A DNA stretch of 64,000 bases, taken from assembly GCA_964057225.1 (NCBI GenBank), contig OZ059898.1:21266001-21330000 (forward strand), written 5' to 3'. Positions 1 to 13,000 of the stretch are shown here, in pieces; position 1 is the stretch's first letter; each line of letters opens with the position of its first letter. The notes under the pieces were generated by a model. That model worked only from the letters and a program-made list of their open reading frames with translations. It ran no database searches and was not told where the DNA came from. Made by a program: the position numbers and the translations under genes. This stretch comes from Auanema rhodensis. Taxonomy: Eukaryota > Animalia > Nematoda.

Positions 1-4
1 CGGT

Positions 5-88
5 TTTCAAAATTAGATTCCCCATGTCCATATTAGTCTAAAAACAAATTTTTATTGATATTGGTGCATGGTAACCATGACTTTGAAA
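5..88. other. Degenerate inverted repeat (fold-back) in the first half of each monomer
   Basis: Seen: TTTCAAA(5-11)/TTTGAAA(82-88), CCATG(22-26)/CATGG(67-71) and TAAAAA(39-44)/TTTTTA(49-54) all share one dyad axis between 46 and 47. 24 of 40 ungapped pairs are Watson-Crick. Confidence 0.65.
67..79. other. 13-bp interrupted palindrome CATGGT-A-ACCATG (15 bp in T66 monomers); contains a BstEII site
   Basis: Seen directly in almost every monomer. The T66 allele adds a T66:A80 pair. Confidence 0.9.
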
Positions 89-91
89 TTT

Positions 92-163
92 ACGTGAACT
101 TTAATTTATGCTAATTAAATGTACACGTGATGTGCACTTGGTATGTAACTCGCTTCACGTGAA
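92..163. other. Three ACGTGA motifs (92, 125, 157); two are CACGTG E-box/G-box hexamers (124-129, 156-161), and one lies in the perfect palindrome TTCACGTGAA (154-163)
   Basis: Motifs seen directly. CACGTG is the established bHLH/bZIP E-box/G-box. No evidence of regulatory function here. Confidence 0.8.
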
Positions 164-164
164 A
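148..164 (-). other. CENP-B-box-like 17-mer (TTTCACGTGAAGCGAGT; variant TTTCACGTGAAGCGGGT)
   Basis: Compared with the essential pattern NTTCGNNNNANNCGGGN: the common allele matches 7/9 and the T150C allele 8/9. Both lack the G of TTCG. Function unproven. Confidence 0.35.
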
Positions 165-3100
165 GATAAAGAGATGCGGTTTTCAAAATTAGATTCCCCA
201 TGTCCATATTAGTCTAAAAACAAATTTTTATTGATATTGGTTCATGGTAACCATGACTTTGAAATTTACGTGAACTTTAATTTATGCTAATTAAATGTAC
301 ACGTGATGTGCACTTGGTATGTAACTCGCTTCACGTGAAAGATAAAGAGGGTTTTCAAAATTAGATTCCCCATGTCCATATTAGTCTAAAAACAAATTTT
401 TATTGATATTGGTTCATGGTAACCATGACTTTGAAATTTACGTGAACTTCAATTTATGCTAATTAAATGTACACGTGATGTGCACTTGGTATGTAACTCG
501 CTTCACGTGAAAGATAAAGAGATGCCGTTTTCAAAATTAGATTCCCCATGTCCATATTAGTCTAAAAACAAATTTTTATTGATATTGGTGCATGGTAACC
601 ATGACTTTGAAATTTACGTGAACTTTAATTTATGCTAATTAAATGTACACGTGATGTGCACTTGGTATGTAACTCGCTTCACGTGAAAGATAAAGAGATG
701 CGGTTTTCAAAATTAGATTCCCCATGTCCATATTAGTCTAAAAACAAATTTTTATTGATATTGGTGCATGGTAACCATGACTTTGAAATTTACGTGAACT
801 TTAATTTATGCTAATTAAATGTACACGTGATGTGCACTTGGTATGTAACTCGCTTCACGTGAAAGATAAAGAGATGCGGTTTTCAAAATTAGATTCCCCA
901 TGTCCATATTAGTCTAAAAACAAATTTGTATTGATATTGGTGCATGGTAACCATGACTTTGAAATTTACGTGTACTTTAATTTATGCTAATTAAATGTAC
1001 ACGTGATGTGCACTTGGTATGTAACTCGCTTCACGTGAAAGATAAAGAGATGCGGTTTTCAAAATTAGATTCCCCAAGTCCATATTAGTCTAAAAACAAA
1101 TTTTTATTGATATTGGTTCATGGTAACCATGACTTTGAAATTTACGTGAACTTTAATTTATGCTAATTAAATGTACACGTGATGTGCACTTGGTATGTAA
1201 CTCGCTTCACGTGAAAGATAAAGAGATGCGGTTTTCAAAATTAGATTCCCCATGTCCATATTAGTCTAAAAACAAATTTTTATTGATATTGGTGCATGGT
1301 AACCATGACTTTGAAATTTACGTGAACTTTAATTTATGCTAATTAAATGTACACGTGATGTGCACTTGGTATGTAACTCGCTTCACGTGAAAGATAAATA
1401 GATGCGGTTTTCAAAATTAGATTCCCCAAGTCCATATTAGTCTAAAAACAAATTTTTATTGATATTGGTTCATGGTAACCATGACTTTGAAATTTACGTG
1501 AACTTTAATTTATGCTAATTAAATGTACACGTGATGTGCACTGGGTATGTAACCCGCTTCACGTGAAAGATAAAGAGATGCGGTTTTCAAAATTAGATTC
1601 CCCATGTCCATATTAGTCTAAAAACAAATTTTTTTTGATATTGGTGCATGGTAACCATGACTTTGAAATTTACGTGAACTTTAATTCATGCTAATTAAAT
1701 GTACACGTGATGTGCACTTGGTATGTAACTCGCTTCACGTGAAAGATAAAGAGATGCGGTTTCCAAAATTAGATTCCCCATGTCCATATTAGTCTAAAAA
1801 CAAATTTTTATTGATATTGGTGCATGGTAACCATGACTTTGAACTTTACGTGTACTTTAATTTATGCTAATTAAATGTACACGTGATGTGCACTTGGTAT
1901 GTAACTCGCTTCACGTGAAAGATAAAGAGATGCGGTTTTCAAAATTAGATTTCCCAAGTCCATATTAGTCTAAAAACAAATTTTTATTGATATTGGTTCA
2001 TGGTAACCATGACTTTGAAATTTACGTGAACTTTAATTTATGCTAATTAAATGTACACGTGATGTGCACTTGGTATGTAACTCGCTTCAAGTGAAAGATA
2101 AAGAGATGCGGTTTTCAAAATTAGATTCCCCATGTCCATATTAGTCTAAAAACAAATTTTTATTGATATTGGTTCATGGTAACCATGACTTTGAAATTTA
2201 CGTGAACTTTAATTTATGCTAATTAAATGTACACGTGATGTGCACTTGGTATGTAACTCGCTTCACGTGAAAGATAAAGAGATGCGGTTTTCAAAATTAG
2301 ATTCCCCATGTCCATATTAGTCTAAAAACAAATTTTTATTGATATTGGTGCATGGTAACCATGACTTTGAAATTTACGTGTACTTTAATTTATGCTAATT
2401 AAATGTACACGTGATGTGCACTTGGTATGTAACTCGCTTCACGTGAAAGATAAAGAGATGCGGTTTTCAAAATTAGATTCTCCAAGTCCATATTAGTCTA
2501 AAAACAAATTTTTATTGATATTGGTTCATGGTAACCATGACTTTGAAATTTACGTGAACTTTAATTTATGCTAATTAAATGTACACGTGATGTGCACTTG
2601 GTATGTAACTCGCTTCACGTGAAAGATAAATAGATGCGGTTTTCAAAATTAGATTCCCCAAGTCCATATTAGTCTAAAAACAAATTTTTATTGATATTGG
2701 TTCATGGTAACCATGACTTTGAAATTTACGTGAACTTTAATTTATGCTAATTAAATGTACACGTGATGTGCACTTGGTATGTAACCCGCTTCACGTGAAA
2801 GATAAAGAGATGCGGTTTTCAAAATTAGATTCCCCATGTCCATATTAGTCTAAAAACAAATTTTTATTGATATTAGTGCATGGTAACCATGACTTTGAAA
2901 TTTACGTGAACTTTAATTCATGCTAATTAAATGTACACGTGATGTGCACTTGGTATGTAACTCGCTTCACGTGAAAGATAAAGAGATGCGGTTTTCAAAA
3001 TTAGATTCCCCAAGTCCATATTAGTCTAAAGACAAATTTTTATTGATATTGGTTCATGGTAACCATGACTTTGAAATTTACGTGAACTTTAATTTATGCT

Positions 3101-6100
3101 AATTAAATGTACACGTGATGTGCACTTGGTATGTAACTCGCTTCACGTGAAAGATAAAGAGATGCGGTTTTCACAATTAGATTCCCCATGTCCATATTAG
3201 TCTAAAAACAAATTTTTATTGATATTGGTGCATGGTAACCATGACTTTGAAATTTACGTGAACTTTAATTCATGCTAATTAAATGTACACGTGATGTGCA
3301 CTTGGTATGTAACTCGCTTCACGTGAAAGATAAAGAGATGCGGTTTTCAAAATTAGATTCCCCATGTCCATATTAGTCTAAAAACAAATTTTTATTGATA
3401 TTGGTTCATGGTAACCATGACTTTGAAATTTACGTGAACTTTAATTTATGCTAATTAAATGTACACGTGATGTGCACTTGGTATGTAACTCGCTTCACGT
3501 GAAAGATAAAGAGATGCGGTTTTCACAATTAGATTCCCCATGTCCATATTAGTCTAAAAACAAATTTTTATTGATATTGGTGCATGGTAACCATGACTTT
3601 GAAATTTACGTGAACTTTAATTCATGCTAATTAAATGTACACGTGATGTGCACTTGGTATGTAACTCGCTTCACGTGAAAGATAAAGAGATGCGGTTTTC
3701 AAAATTAGATTCCCCATGTCCATATTAGTCTAAAAACAAATTTTTATTGATATTGGTTCATGGTAACCATGACTTTGAAATTTACGTGAACTTTAATTTA
3801 TGCTAATTAAATGTACACGTGATGTGCACTTGGTATGTAACTCGCTTCACGTGAAAGATAAAGAGATGCGGTTTTCAAAATTAGATTCCCCATGTCCATA
3901 TTAGTCTAAAAACAAATTTTTATCGATATTGGTTCATGGTAACCATGACTTTGAAATTTACGTGAACTTTAATTTATGCTAATTAAATGTACACGTGATG
4001 TGCACTTGGTATGTAACTTGCTTCACGTGAAAGATAAAGAGATGCGGTTTTCAAAATTAGATTCCCCATGTCCATATTAGTCTAAAAACAAATTTTTATT
4101 GATGTTGGTGCATGGTAACCATGACTTTGAAATTTACGTGTACTTTAATTTATGCTAATTAAATGTACACGTGATGTGCACTTGGTATGTAACTCGCTTC
4201 ACGTGAAAGATAAAGAGATGCGGTTTTCAAAATTAGATTCCCCAAGTCCATATTAGTCTAAAAACAAATTTTTATTGATATTGGTTCATGGTAACCATGA
4301 CTTTGAAATTTACGTGAACTTTAATTTATGCTAATTAAATGTACACGTGATGTGCACTTGGTATGTAACTCGCTTCACGTGAAAGATAAAGAGATGCGGT
4401 TTTCGAAATTAGATTCCCCATGTCCATATTAGTCTAAAAACAAATTTTTATTGATATTGGTGCATGGTAACCATGACTTTGAAATTTATGTGAACTTTAA
4501 TTTATGCTAATTAAATGTACACGTGATGTGCACTTGGTATGTAACTCGCTTCACGTGAAAGATAAAGAGATGCGGCTCTCAAAATTAGATTCCCCATGTC
4601 CATATTAGTCTAAAAACAAATTTTTATCGATATTGGTTCATGGTAACCATGACTTTGAAATTTACGTGAACTTTAATTTATGCTAATTAAATGTACACGT
4701 GATGTGCACTTGGTATGTAACTCGCTTCACGTGAAAGATAAAGAGATGCGGTTTTCAAAATTAGATTCCCCATGTCCATATTAGTCTAAAAACAAATTTT
4801 TATTGATATTGGTGCATGGTAACCATGACTTTGAAATTTACGTGAACTTTAATTTATGCTAATTAAATGTACACGTGATGTGCACTTGGTATGTAACTCG
4901 CTTCACGTGAAAGATAAAGAGATGCGGTTTTCAAAATTAGATTCCCCATGTCCATATTAGTCTAAAAACAAATTTTTATTGATATTGGTGCATGGTAACC
5001 ATGACTTTGAAATTTACGTGAACTTTAATTTATGCTAATTAAATGTACACGTGATGTGCACTTGGTATGTAACTCGCTTCACGTGAAAGATAAAGAGATG
5101 CGGTTTTCAAAATTAGATTCCCCAAGTCCATATTAGTCTAAAAACAAATTTTTATTGATATTGGTTCATGGTAACCATGACTTTGAAATTTACGTGAACT
5201 TTAATTTATGCTAATTAAATGTACACGTGATGTGCACTTGGTATGTAACCCGCTTCACGTGAAAGATAAAGAGATGCGGTTTTCAAAATTAGATTCCCCA
5301 TGTCCATATTAGTCTAAAAACAAATTTTTATTGATATTGGTGCATGGTAACCATGACTTTGAAATTTACGTGAACTTTAATTTATGCTAATTAAATGTAC
5401 ACGTGATGTGCACTTGGTATGTAACTCGCTTCACGTGAAAGATAAAGAGATGCGGTTTTCAAAATTAGATTCCCCATGTCCATATTAGTCTAAAAACAAA
5501 TTTTTATTGAGATTGGTGCATGGTAACCATGACTTTGAAATTTACGTGAACTTTATTTCATGCTAATTAAATGTACACGTGATGTGCACTTGGTATGTAA
5601 CTCGCTTCACGTGAAAGATAAAGAGATGCGGTTTTCAAAATTAGATTCCCCATGTCCATATTAGTCTAAAAACAATTTTTTATTGATATTGGTTCATGGT
5701 AACCATGACTTTGAAATTTACGTGAACTTTAATTTATGCTAATTAAATGTACACGTGATGTGCACTTGGTATGTAACTCGCTTCACGTGAAAGATAAAGA
5801 GATGCGGTTTTCAAAATAAGATTCCCCATGTCCATATTAGTCTAAAAACAAATTTTTATTGATATTGGTTCATGGTAACCATGACTTTGAAATTTACGTG
5901 AACTTTAATTTATGCTAATTAAATGTACACGTGATGTGCACTTGGTATGTAACTCGCTTCACGTGAAAGATAAAGAGATGCGGTTTTCAAAATAAGATTC
6001 CCCATGTCCATATTAGTCTAAAAACAAATTTTTATTGATATTGGTTCATGGTAACCATGACTTTGAAATTTACGTGAACTTTAATTTATGCTAATTAAAT

Positions 6101-6156
6101 GTACACGTGATGTGCACTTGGTATGTAACTCGCTTCACGTGAAAGATAAAGAGATG

Positions 6157-9100
6157 CGGTTTTCAAAATGAGATTCCCCATGTCCATATTAGTCTAAAAA
6201 CAAATTTTTATTGATATTGGTTCATGGTAACCATGACTTTGAAATTTACGTGAACTTTAATTTATGCTAATTAAATGTACACGTGATGTGCACTTGGTAT
6301 GTAACTCGCTTCACGTGAAAGATAAAGAGATGCGGTTTTCAAAATAAGATTCCCCATGTCCATATTAGTCTAAAAACAAATTTTTATTGATATTGGTTCA
6401 TGGTAACCATGACTTTGAAATTTACGTGAACTTTAATTTATGCTAATTAAATGTACACGTGATGTGCACTTGGTATGTAACTCGCTTCACGTGAAAGATA
6501 AAGAGATGCGGTTTTCAAAATTAGATTCCCCATGTCCATATTAGTCTAAAAACAAATTTTTATTGAGATTGGTGCATGGTAACCATGACTTTGAAATTTA
6601 CGTGAACTTTATTTCATGCTAATTAAATGTACACGTGATGTGCACTTGGTATGTAACTCGCTTCACGTGAAAGATAAAGAGATGCGGTTTTCAAAATTAG
6701 ATTCCCCATGTCCATATTAGTCTAAAAACAAATTTTTATTGATATTGGTGCATGGTAACCATGACTTTGAAATTTACGTGTACTTTAATTTATGCTAATT
6801 AAATGTACACGTGATGTGCACTTGGTATGTAACTCGCTTCACGTGAAAGATAAAGAGATGCGGTTTTCAAAATTAGATTCCCCAAGTCCATATTAGTCTA
6901 AAAACAAATTTTTATTGATATTGGTTCATGGTAACCATGACTTTGAAATTTACGTGAACTTTAATTTATGCTAATTAAATGTACACGTGATGTGCACTTG
7001 GTATGTAACTCGCTTCACGTGAAAGATAAAGAGATGCGGTTTTCAAAATTAGATTCCCCATGTCCATATTAGTCTAAAAACAAATTTTTATTGATATTGC
7101 TTCATGGTAACCATGACTTTGAAATTTACGTGAACTTTAATTTATGCTAATTAAATGTACACGTGATGTGCACTTGGTATGTAACTCGCTTCACGTGAAA
7201 GATAAAGAGATGCGGTTTTCAAAATTAGATTCCCCATGTCCATATTAGTCTAAAAACAAATTTTTATTGATATTGGTGCATGGTAACCATGACTTTGAAA
7301 TTTACGTGAACTTTAATTTATGCTAATTAAATGTACACGTGATGTGCACTTGGTATGTAACTTGCTTCACGTGAAAGATAAAGAGATGCGGTTTTCAAAA
7401 TTAGATTCCCCATGTCCATATTAGTCTAAAAACAAATTTTTATTGATATTGGTGCATGGTAACCATGACTTTGAAATTTACGTGAACTTTAATTTATGCT
7501 AATTAAATGTACACGTGATGTGCACTTGGTATGTAACTCGCTTCACGTGAAAGATAAAGAGATGCGGTTTTCAAAATTAGATTCCCCATGTCCATATTAG
7601 TCTAAAAACAAATTTTTATTGATATTGGTGCATGGTAACCATGACTTTGAAATTTACGTGAACTTTAATTCATGCTAATTAAATGTACACGTGATGTGCA
7701 CTTGGTATGTAACTCGCTTCACGTGAAAGATAAAGAGATGCGGTTTTCAAAATTAGATTCCCCATGTCCATATTAGTCTAAAAACAAATTTTTATTGATA
7801 TTGGTTCATGGTAACCATGACTTTGAAATTTACGTGAACTTTAATTTATGCTAATTAAATGTACACGTGATGTGCACTTGGTATGTAACTCGCTTCACGT
7901 GAAAGATAAAGAGATGCGGTTTTCAAAATGAGATTCCCCATGTCCATATTAGTCTAAAAACAAATTTTTATTGATATTGGTTCATGGTAACCATGACTTT
8001 GAAATTTACGTGAACTTTAATTTATGCTAATTAAATGTACACGTGATGTGCACTTGGTATGTAACTCGCTTCACGTGAAAGATAAAGAGATGCGGTTTTC
8101 AAAATAAGATTCCCCATGTCCATATTAGTCTAAAAACAAATTTTTATTGATATTGGTTCATGGTAACCATGACTTTGAAATTTACGTGAACTTTAATTTA
8201 TGCTAATTAAATGTACACGTGATGTGCACTTGGTATGTAACTCGCTTCACGTGAAAGATAAAGAGATGCGGTTTTCAAAATTAGATTCCCCATGTCCATA
8301 TTAGTCTAAAAACAAATTTTTATTGAGATTGGTGCATGGTAACCATGACTTTGAAATTTACGTGAACTTTATTTCATGCTAATTAAATGTACACGTGATG
8401 TGCACTTGGTATGTAACTCGCTTCACGTGAAAGATAAAGAGATGCGGTTTTCAAAATTAGATTCCCCATGTCCATATTAGTCTAAAAACAAATTTTTATT
8501 GATATTGGTGCATGGTAACCATGACTTTGAAATTTACGTGTACTTTAATTTATGCTAATTAAATGTACACGTGATGTGCACTTGGTATGTAACTCGCTTC
8601 ACGTGAAAGATAAAGAGATGCGGTTTTCAAAATTAGATTCCCCAAGTCCATATTAGTCTAAAAACAAATTTTTATTGATATTGGTTCATGGTAACCATGA
8701 CTTTGAAATTTACGTGAACTTTAATTTATGCTAATTAAATGTACACGTGATGTGCACTTGGTATGTAACTCGCTTCACGTGAAAGATAAAGAGATGCGGT
8801 TTTCAAAATTAGATTCCCCATGTCCATATTAGTCTAAAAACAAATTTTTATTGATATTGCTTCATGGTAACCATGACTTTGAAATTTACGTGAACTTTAA
8901 TTTATGCTAATTAAATGTACACGTGATGTGCACTTGGTATGTAACTCGCTTCACGTGAAAGATAAAGAGATGCGGTTTTCAAAATTAGATTCCCCATGTC
9001 CATATTAGTCTAAAAACAAATTTTTATTGATATTGGTGCATGGTAACCATGACTTTGAAATTTACGTGAACTTTAATTTATGCTAATTAAATGTACACGT

Positions 9101-9500
9101 GATGTGCACTTGGTATGTAACTCGCTTCACGTGAAAGATAAAGAGATGCGGTTTTCAAAATTAGATTCCCCATGTCCATATTAGTCTAAAAACAAATTTT
9201 TATTGATATTGGTGCATGGTAACCATGACTTTGAAATTTACGTGAACTTTAATTTATGCTAATTAAATGTACACGTGATGTGCACTTGGTATGTAACTCG
9301 CTTCACGTGAAAGATAAAGAGATGCGGTTTTCAAAATTAGATTCCCCATGTCCATATTAGTCTAAAAACAAATTTTTATTGATATTGGTGCATGGTAACC
9401 ATGACTTTGAAATTTACGTGAACTTTAATTCATGCTAATTAAATGTACACGTGATGTGCACTTGGTATGTAACTCGCTTCACGTGAAAGATAAAGAGATG
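6157..9500 (+). repeat. Higher-order duplication, 10-monomer period (1760 bp)
   Basis: The nine-monomer variant order at 6157-7740 is repeated at 7917-9500. The rare marker G64C occurs at 7100 and 8860. Confidence 0.9.
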
Positions 9501-10028
9501 CGGTTTTCAAAATTAGATTCCCCATGTCCATATTAGTCTAAAAACAAATTTTTATTGATATTGGTGCATGGTAACCATGACTTTGAAATTTACGTGTACT
9601 TTAATTTATGCTAATTAAATGTACACGTGATGTGCACTTGGTATGTAACCCGCTTCACGTGAAAGATAAAGAGATGCGGTTTTCAAAATTAGATTCCCCA
9701 TGTCCATATTAGTCTAAAAACAAATTTTTATTGATATTGGTGCATGGTAACCATGACTTTGAAATTTACGTGAACTTTAATTCATGCTAATTAAATGTAC
9801 ACGTGATGTGCACTTGGTATGTAACTCGCTTCACGTGAAAGATAAAGAGATGCGGTTTTCAAAATTAGATTCCCCATGTCCATATTAGTCTAAAAACAAA
9901 TTTTTATTGATATTGGTGCATGGTAACCATGACTTTGAAATTTACGTGTACTTTAATTTATGCTAATTAAATGTACACGTGATGTGCACTTGGTATGTAA
10001 CCCGCTTCACGTGAAAGATAAAGAGATG

Positions 10029-13000
10029 CGGTTTTCAAAATTAGATTCCCCATGTCCATATTAGTCTAAAAACAAATTTTTATTGATATTGGTGCATGGT
10101 AACCATGACTTTGAAATTTACGTGAACTTTAATTTATGCTAATTAAATGTACACGTGATGTGCACTTGGTATGTAACTCGCTTCACGTGAAAGATAAAGA
10201 GATGCGGTTTTCAAAATTAGATTCCCCATGTCCATATTAGTCTAAAAACAAATTTTTATTGATATTGGTGCATGGTAACCATGACTTTGAAATTTACGTG
10301 AACTTTAATTTATGCTAATTAAATGTACACGTGATGTGCACTTGGTATGTAACTCGCTTCACGTGAAAGATAAAGAGATGCGGTTTTCAAAATTAGATTC
10401 CCCATGTCCATATTAGTCTAAAAACAAATTTTTATTGATATTGGTGCATGGTAACCATGACTTTGAAATTTACGTGAACTTTAATTCATGCTAATTAAAT
10501 GTACACGTGATGTGCACTTGGTATGTAACTCGCTTCACGTGAAAGATAAAGAGATGCGGTTTTCAAAATTAGATTCCCCATGTCCATATTAGTCTAAAAA
10601 CAAATTTTTATTGATATTGGTGCATGGTAACCATGACTTTGAAATTTACGTGTACTTTAATTTATGCTAATTAAATGTACACGTGATGTGCACTTGGTAT
10701 GTAACCCGCTTCACGTGAAAGATAAAGAGATGCGGTTTTCAAAATTAGATTCCCCATGTCCATATTAGTCTAAAAACAAATTTTTATTGATATTGGTGCA
10801 TGGTAACCATGACTTTGAAATTTACGTGAACTTTAATTCATGCTAATTAAATGTACACGTGATGTGCACTTGGTATGTAACTCGCTTCACGTGAAAGATA
10901 AAGAGATGCGGTTTTCAAAATTAGATTCCCCATGTCCATATTAGTCTAAAAACAAATTTTTATTGATATTGGTGCATGGTAACCATGACTTTGAAATTTA
11001 CGTGTACTTTAATTTATGCTAATTAAATGTACACGTGATGTGCACTTGGTATGTAACCCGCTTCACGTGAAAGATAAAGAGATGCGGTTTTCAAAATTAG
11101 ATTCCCCATGTCCATATTAGTCTAAAAACAAATTTTTATTGATATTGGTGCATGGTAACCATGACTTTGAAATTTACGTGAACTTTAATTTATGCTAATT
11201 AAATGTACACGTGATGTGCACTTGGTATGTAACTCGCTTCACGTGAAAGATAAAGAGATGCGGTTTTCAAAATTAGATTCCCCATGTCCATATTAGTCTA
11301 AAAACCAATTTTTATTGAGATTGGTGCATGGTAACCATGACTTTGAAATTTACGTGAACTTTATTTCATGCTAATTAAATGTACACGTGATGTGCACTTG
11401 GTATGTAACTCGCTTCACGTGAAAGATAAAGAGATGCGGTTTTCAAAATTAGATTCCCCATGTCCATATTAGTCTAAAAACAAATTTTTATTGATATTGG
11501 TTCATGGTAACCATGACTTTGAAATTTACGTGAACTTTAATTTATGCTAATTAAATGTACACGTGATGTGCACTTGGTATGTAACTCGCTTCACGTGAAA
11601 GATAAAGAGATGCGGTTTTCAAAATTAGATTCCCCATGTCCATATTAGTCTAAAAACAAATTTTTATTGATATTGGTTCATGGTAACCATGACTTTGAAA
11701 TTTACGTGAACTTTAATTTATGCTAATTAAATGTACACGTGATGTGCACTTGGTATGTAACTCGCTTCACGTGAAAGATAAAGAGATGCGGTTTTCAAAA
11801 TTAGATTCCCCATGTCCATATTAGTCTAAAAACAAATTTTTATTGATATTGGTGCATGGTAACCATGACTTTGAAATTTACGTGAACTTTAATTTATGCT
11901 AATTAAATGTACACGTGATGTGCACTTGGTATGTAACTCGCTTCACGTGAAAGATAAAGAGATGCGGTTTTCAAAATTAGATTCCCCATGTCCATATTAG
12001 TCTAAAAACAAATTTTTATTGATATTGGTGCATGGTAACCATGACTTTGAAATTTACGTGAACTTTAATTTATGCTAATTAAATGTACACGTGATGTGCA
12101 CTTGGTATGTAACTCGCTTCACGTGAAAGATAAAGAGATGCGGTTTTCAAAATTAGATTCCCCATGTCCATATTAGTCTAAAAACAAATTTTTATTGATA
12201 TTGGTGCATGGTAACCATGACTTTGAAATTTACGTGAACTTTAATTCATGCTAATTAAATGTACACGTGATGTGCACTTGGTATGTAACTCGCTTCACGT
12301 GAAAGATAAAGAGATGCGGTTTTCAAAATTAGATTCCCCATGTCCATATTAGTCTAAAAACAAATTTTTATTGATATTGGTGCATGGTAACCATGACTTT
12401 GAAATTTACGTGTACTTTAATTTATGCTAATTAAATGTACACGTGATGTGCACTTGGTATGTAACCCGCTTCACGTGAAAGATAAAGAGATGCGGTTTTC
12501 AAAATTAGATTCCCCATGTCCATATTAGTCTAAAAACAAATTTTTATTGATATTGGTGCATGGTAACCATGACTTTGAAATTTACGTGAACTTTAATTCA
12601 TGCTAATTAAATGTACACGTGATGTGCACTTGGTATGTAACTCGCTTCACGTGAAAGATAAAGAGATGCGGTTTTCAAAATTAGATTCCCCATGTCCATA
12701 TTAGTCTAAAAACAAATTTTTATTGATATTGGTGCATGGTAACCATGACTTTGAAATTTACGTGTACTTTAATTTATGCTAATTAAATGTACACGTGATG
12801 TGCACTTGGTATGTAACCCGCTTCACGTGAAAGATAAAGAGATGCGGTTTTCAAAATTAGATTCCCCATGTCCATATTAGTCTAAAAACAAATTTTTATT
12901 GATATTGGTGCATGGTAACCATGACTTTGAAATTTACGTGAACTTTAATTTATGCTAATTAAATGTACACGTGATGTGCACTTGGTATGTAACTCGCTTC

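Larger units (their letters stand above)
1..176 (+). repeat. Representative consensus monomer (G66 allele)
   Basis: Seen: CGGTTTTCAAAATTAGATTCCCCATGTCCATATTAGTCTAAAAACAAATTTTTATTGATATTGGTGCATGGTAACCATGACTTTGAAATTTACGTGAACTTTAATTTATGCTAATTAAATGTACACGTGATGTGCACTTGGTATGTAACTCGCTTCACGTGAAAGATAAAGAGATG. Identical copies occur throughout (e.g. 701, 4749, 10029, 31149, 63182). Position 66 is G or T, both common across the window. The monomer start is arbitrary, set by the window edge. Confidence 0.98.

Noticed and set aside
108-115. ATGCTAAT as an octamer/POU site, and GGTAACCATG (70-79) as an RFX-like site
   Set aside because: Short imperfect matches are expected by chance in AT-rich DNA, and there is no promoter context.
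148-164. Canonical functional CENP-B box
   Set aside because: I saw no monomer with all nine essential bases: TTCG is always TTCA. Kept only as a box-like motif.
4-170. Strict 10-bp phased A-tracts (curved DNA)
   Set aside because: A/T tracts are present (4-12, 40-53, 82-91, 100-107, 113-119, 162-170), but their spacing is not clearly periodic by eye. A curvature calculation would be needed.
1-176. Identity with Brassica CentBr (176 bp), Arabidopsis CEN178 or primate alpha satellite
   Set aside because: Only the length is similar. I see no sequence resemblance to those consensus sequences as I recall them, and no HindIII site. A database search is needed for a real assignment.
1-176. Tandem 5S rRNA, tRNA, snRNA or spliced-leader gene units
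   Set aside because: No recognisable 5S, cloverleaf, Pol III A/B box or snRNA sequence on either strand, and the unit is only 32% GC.
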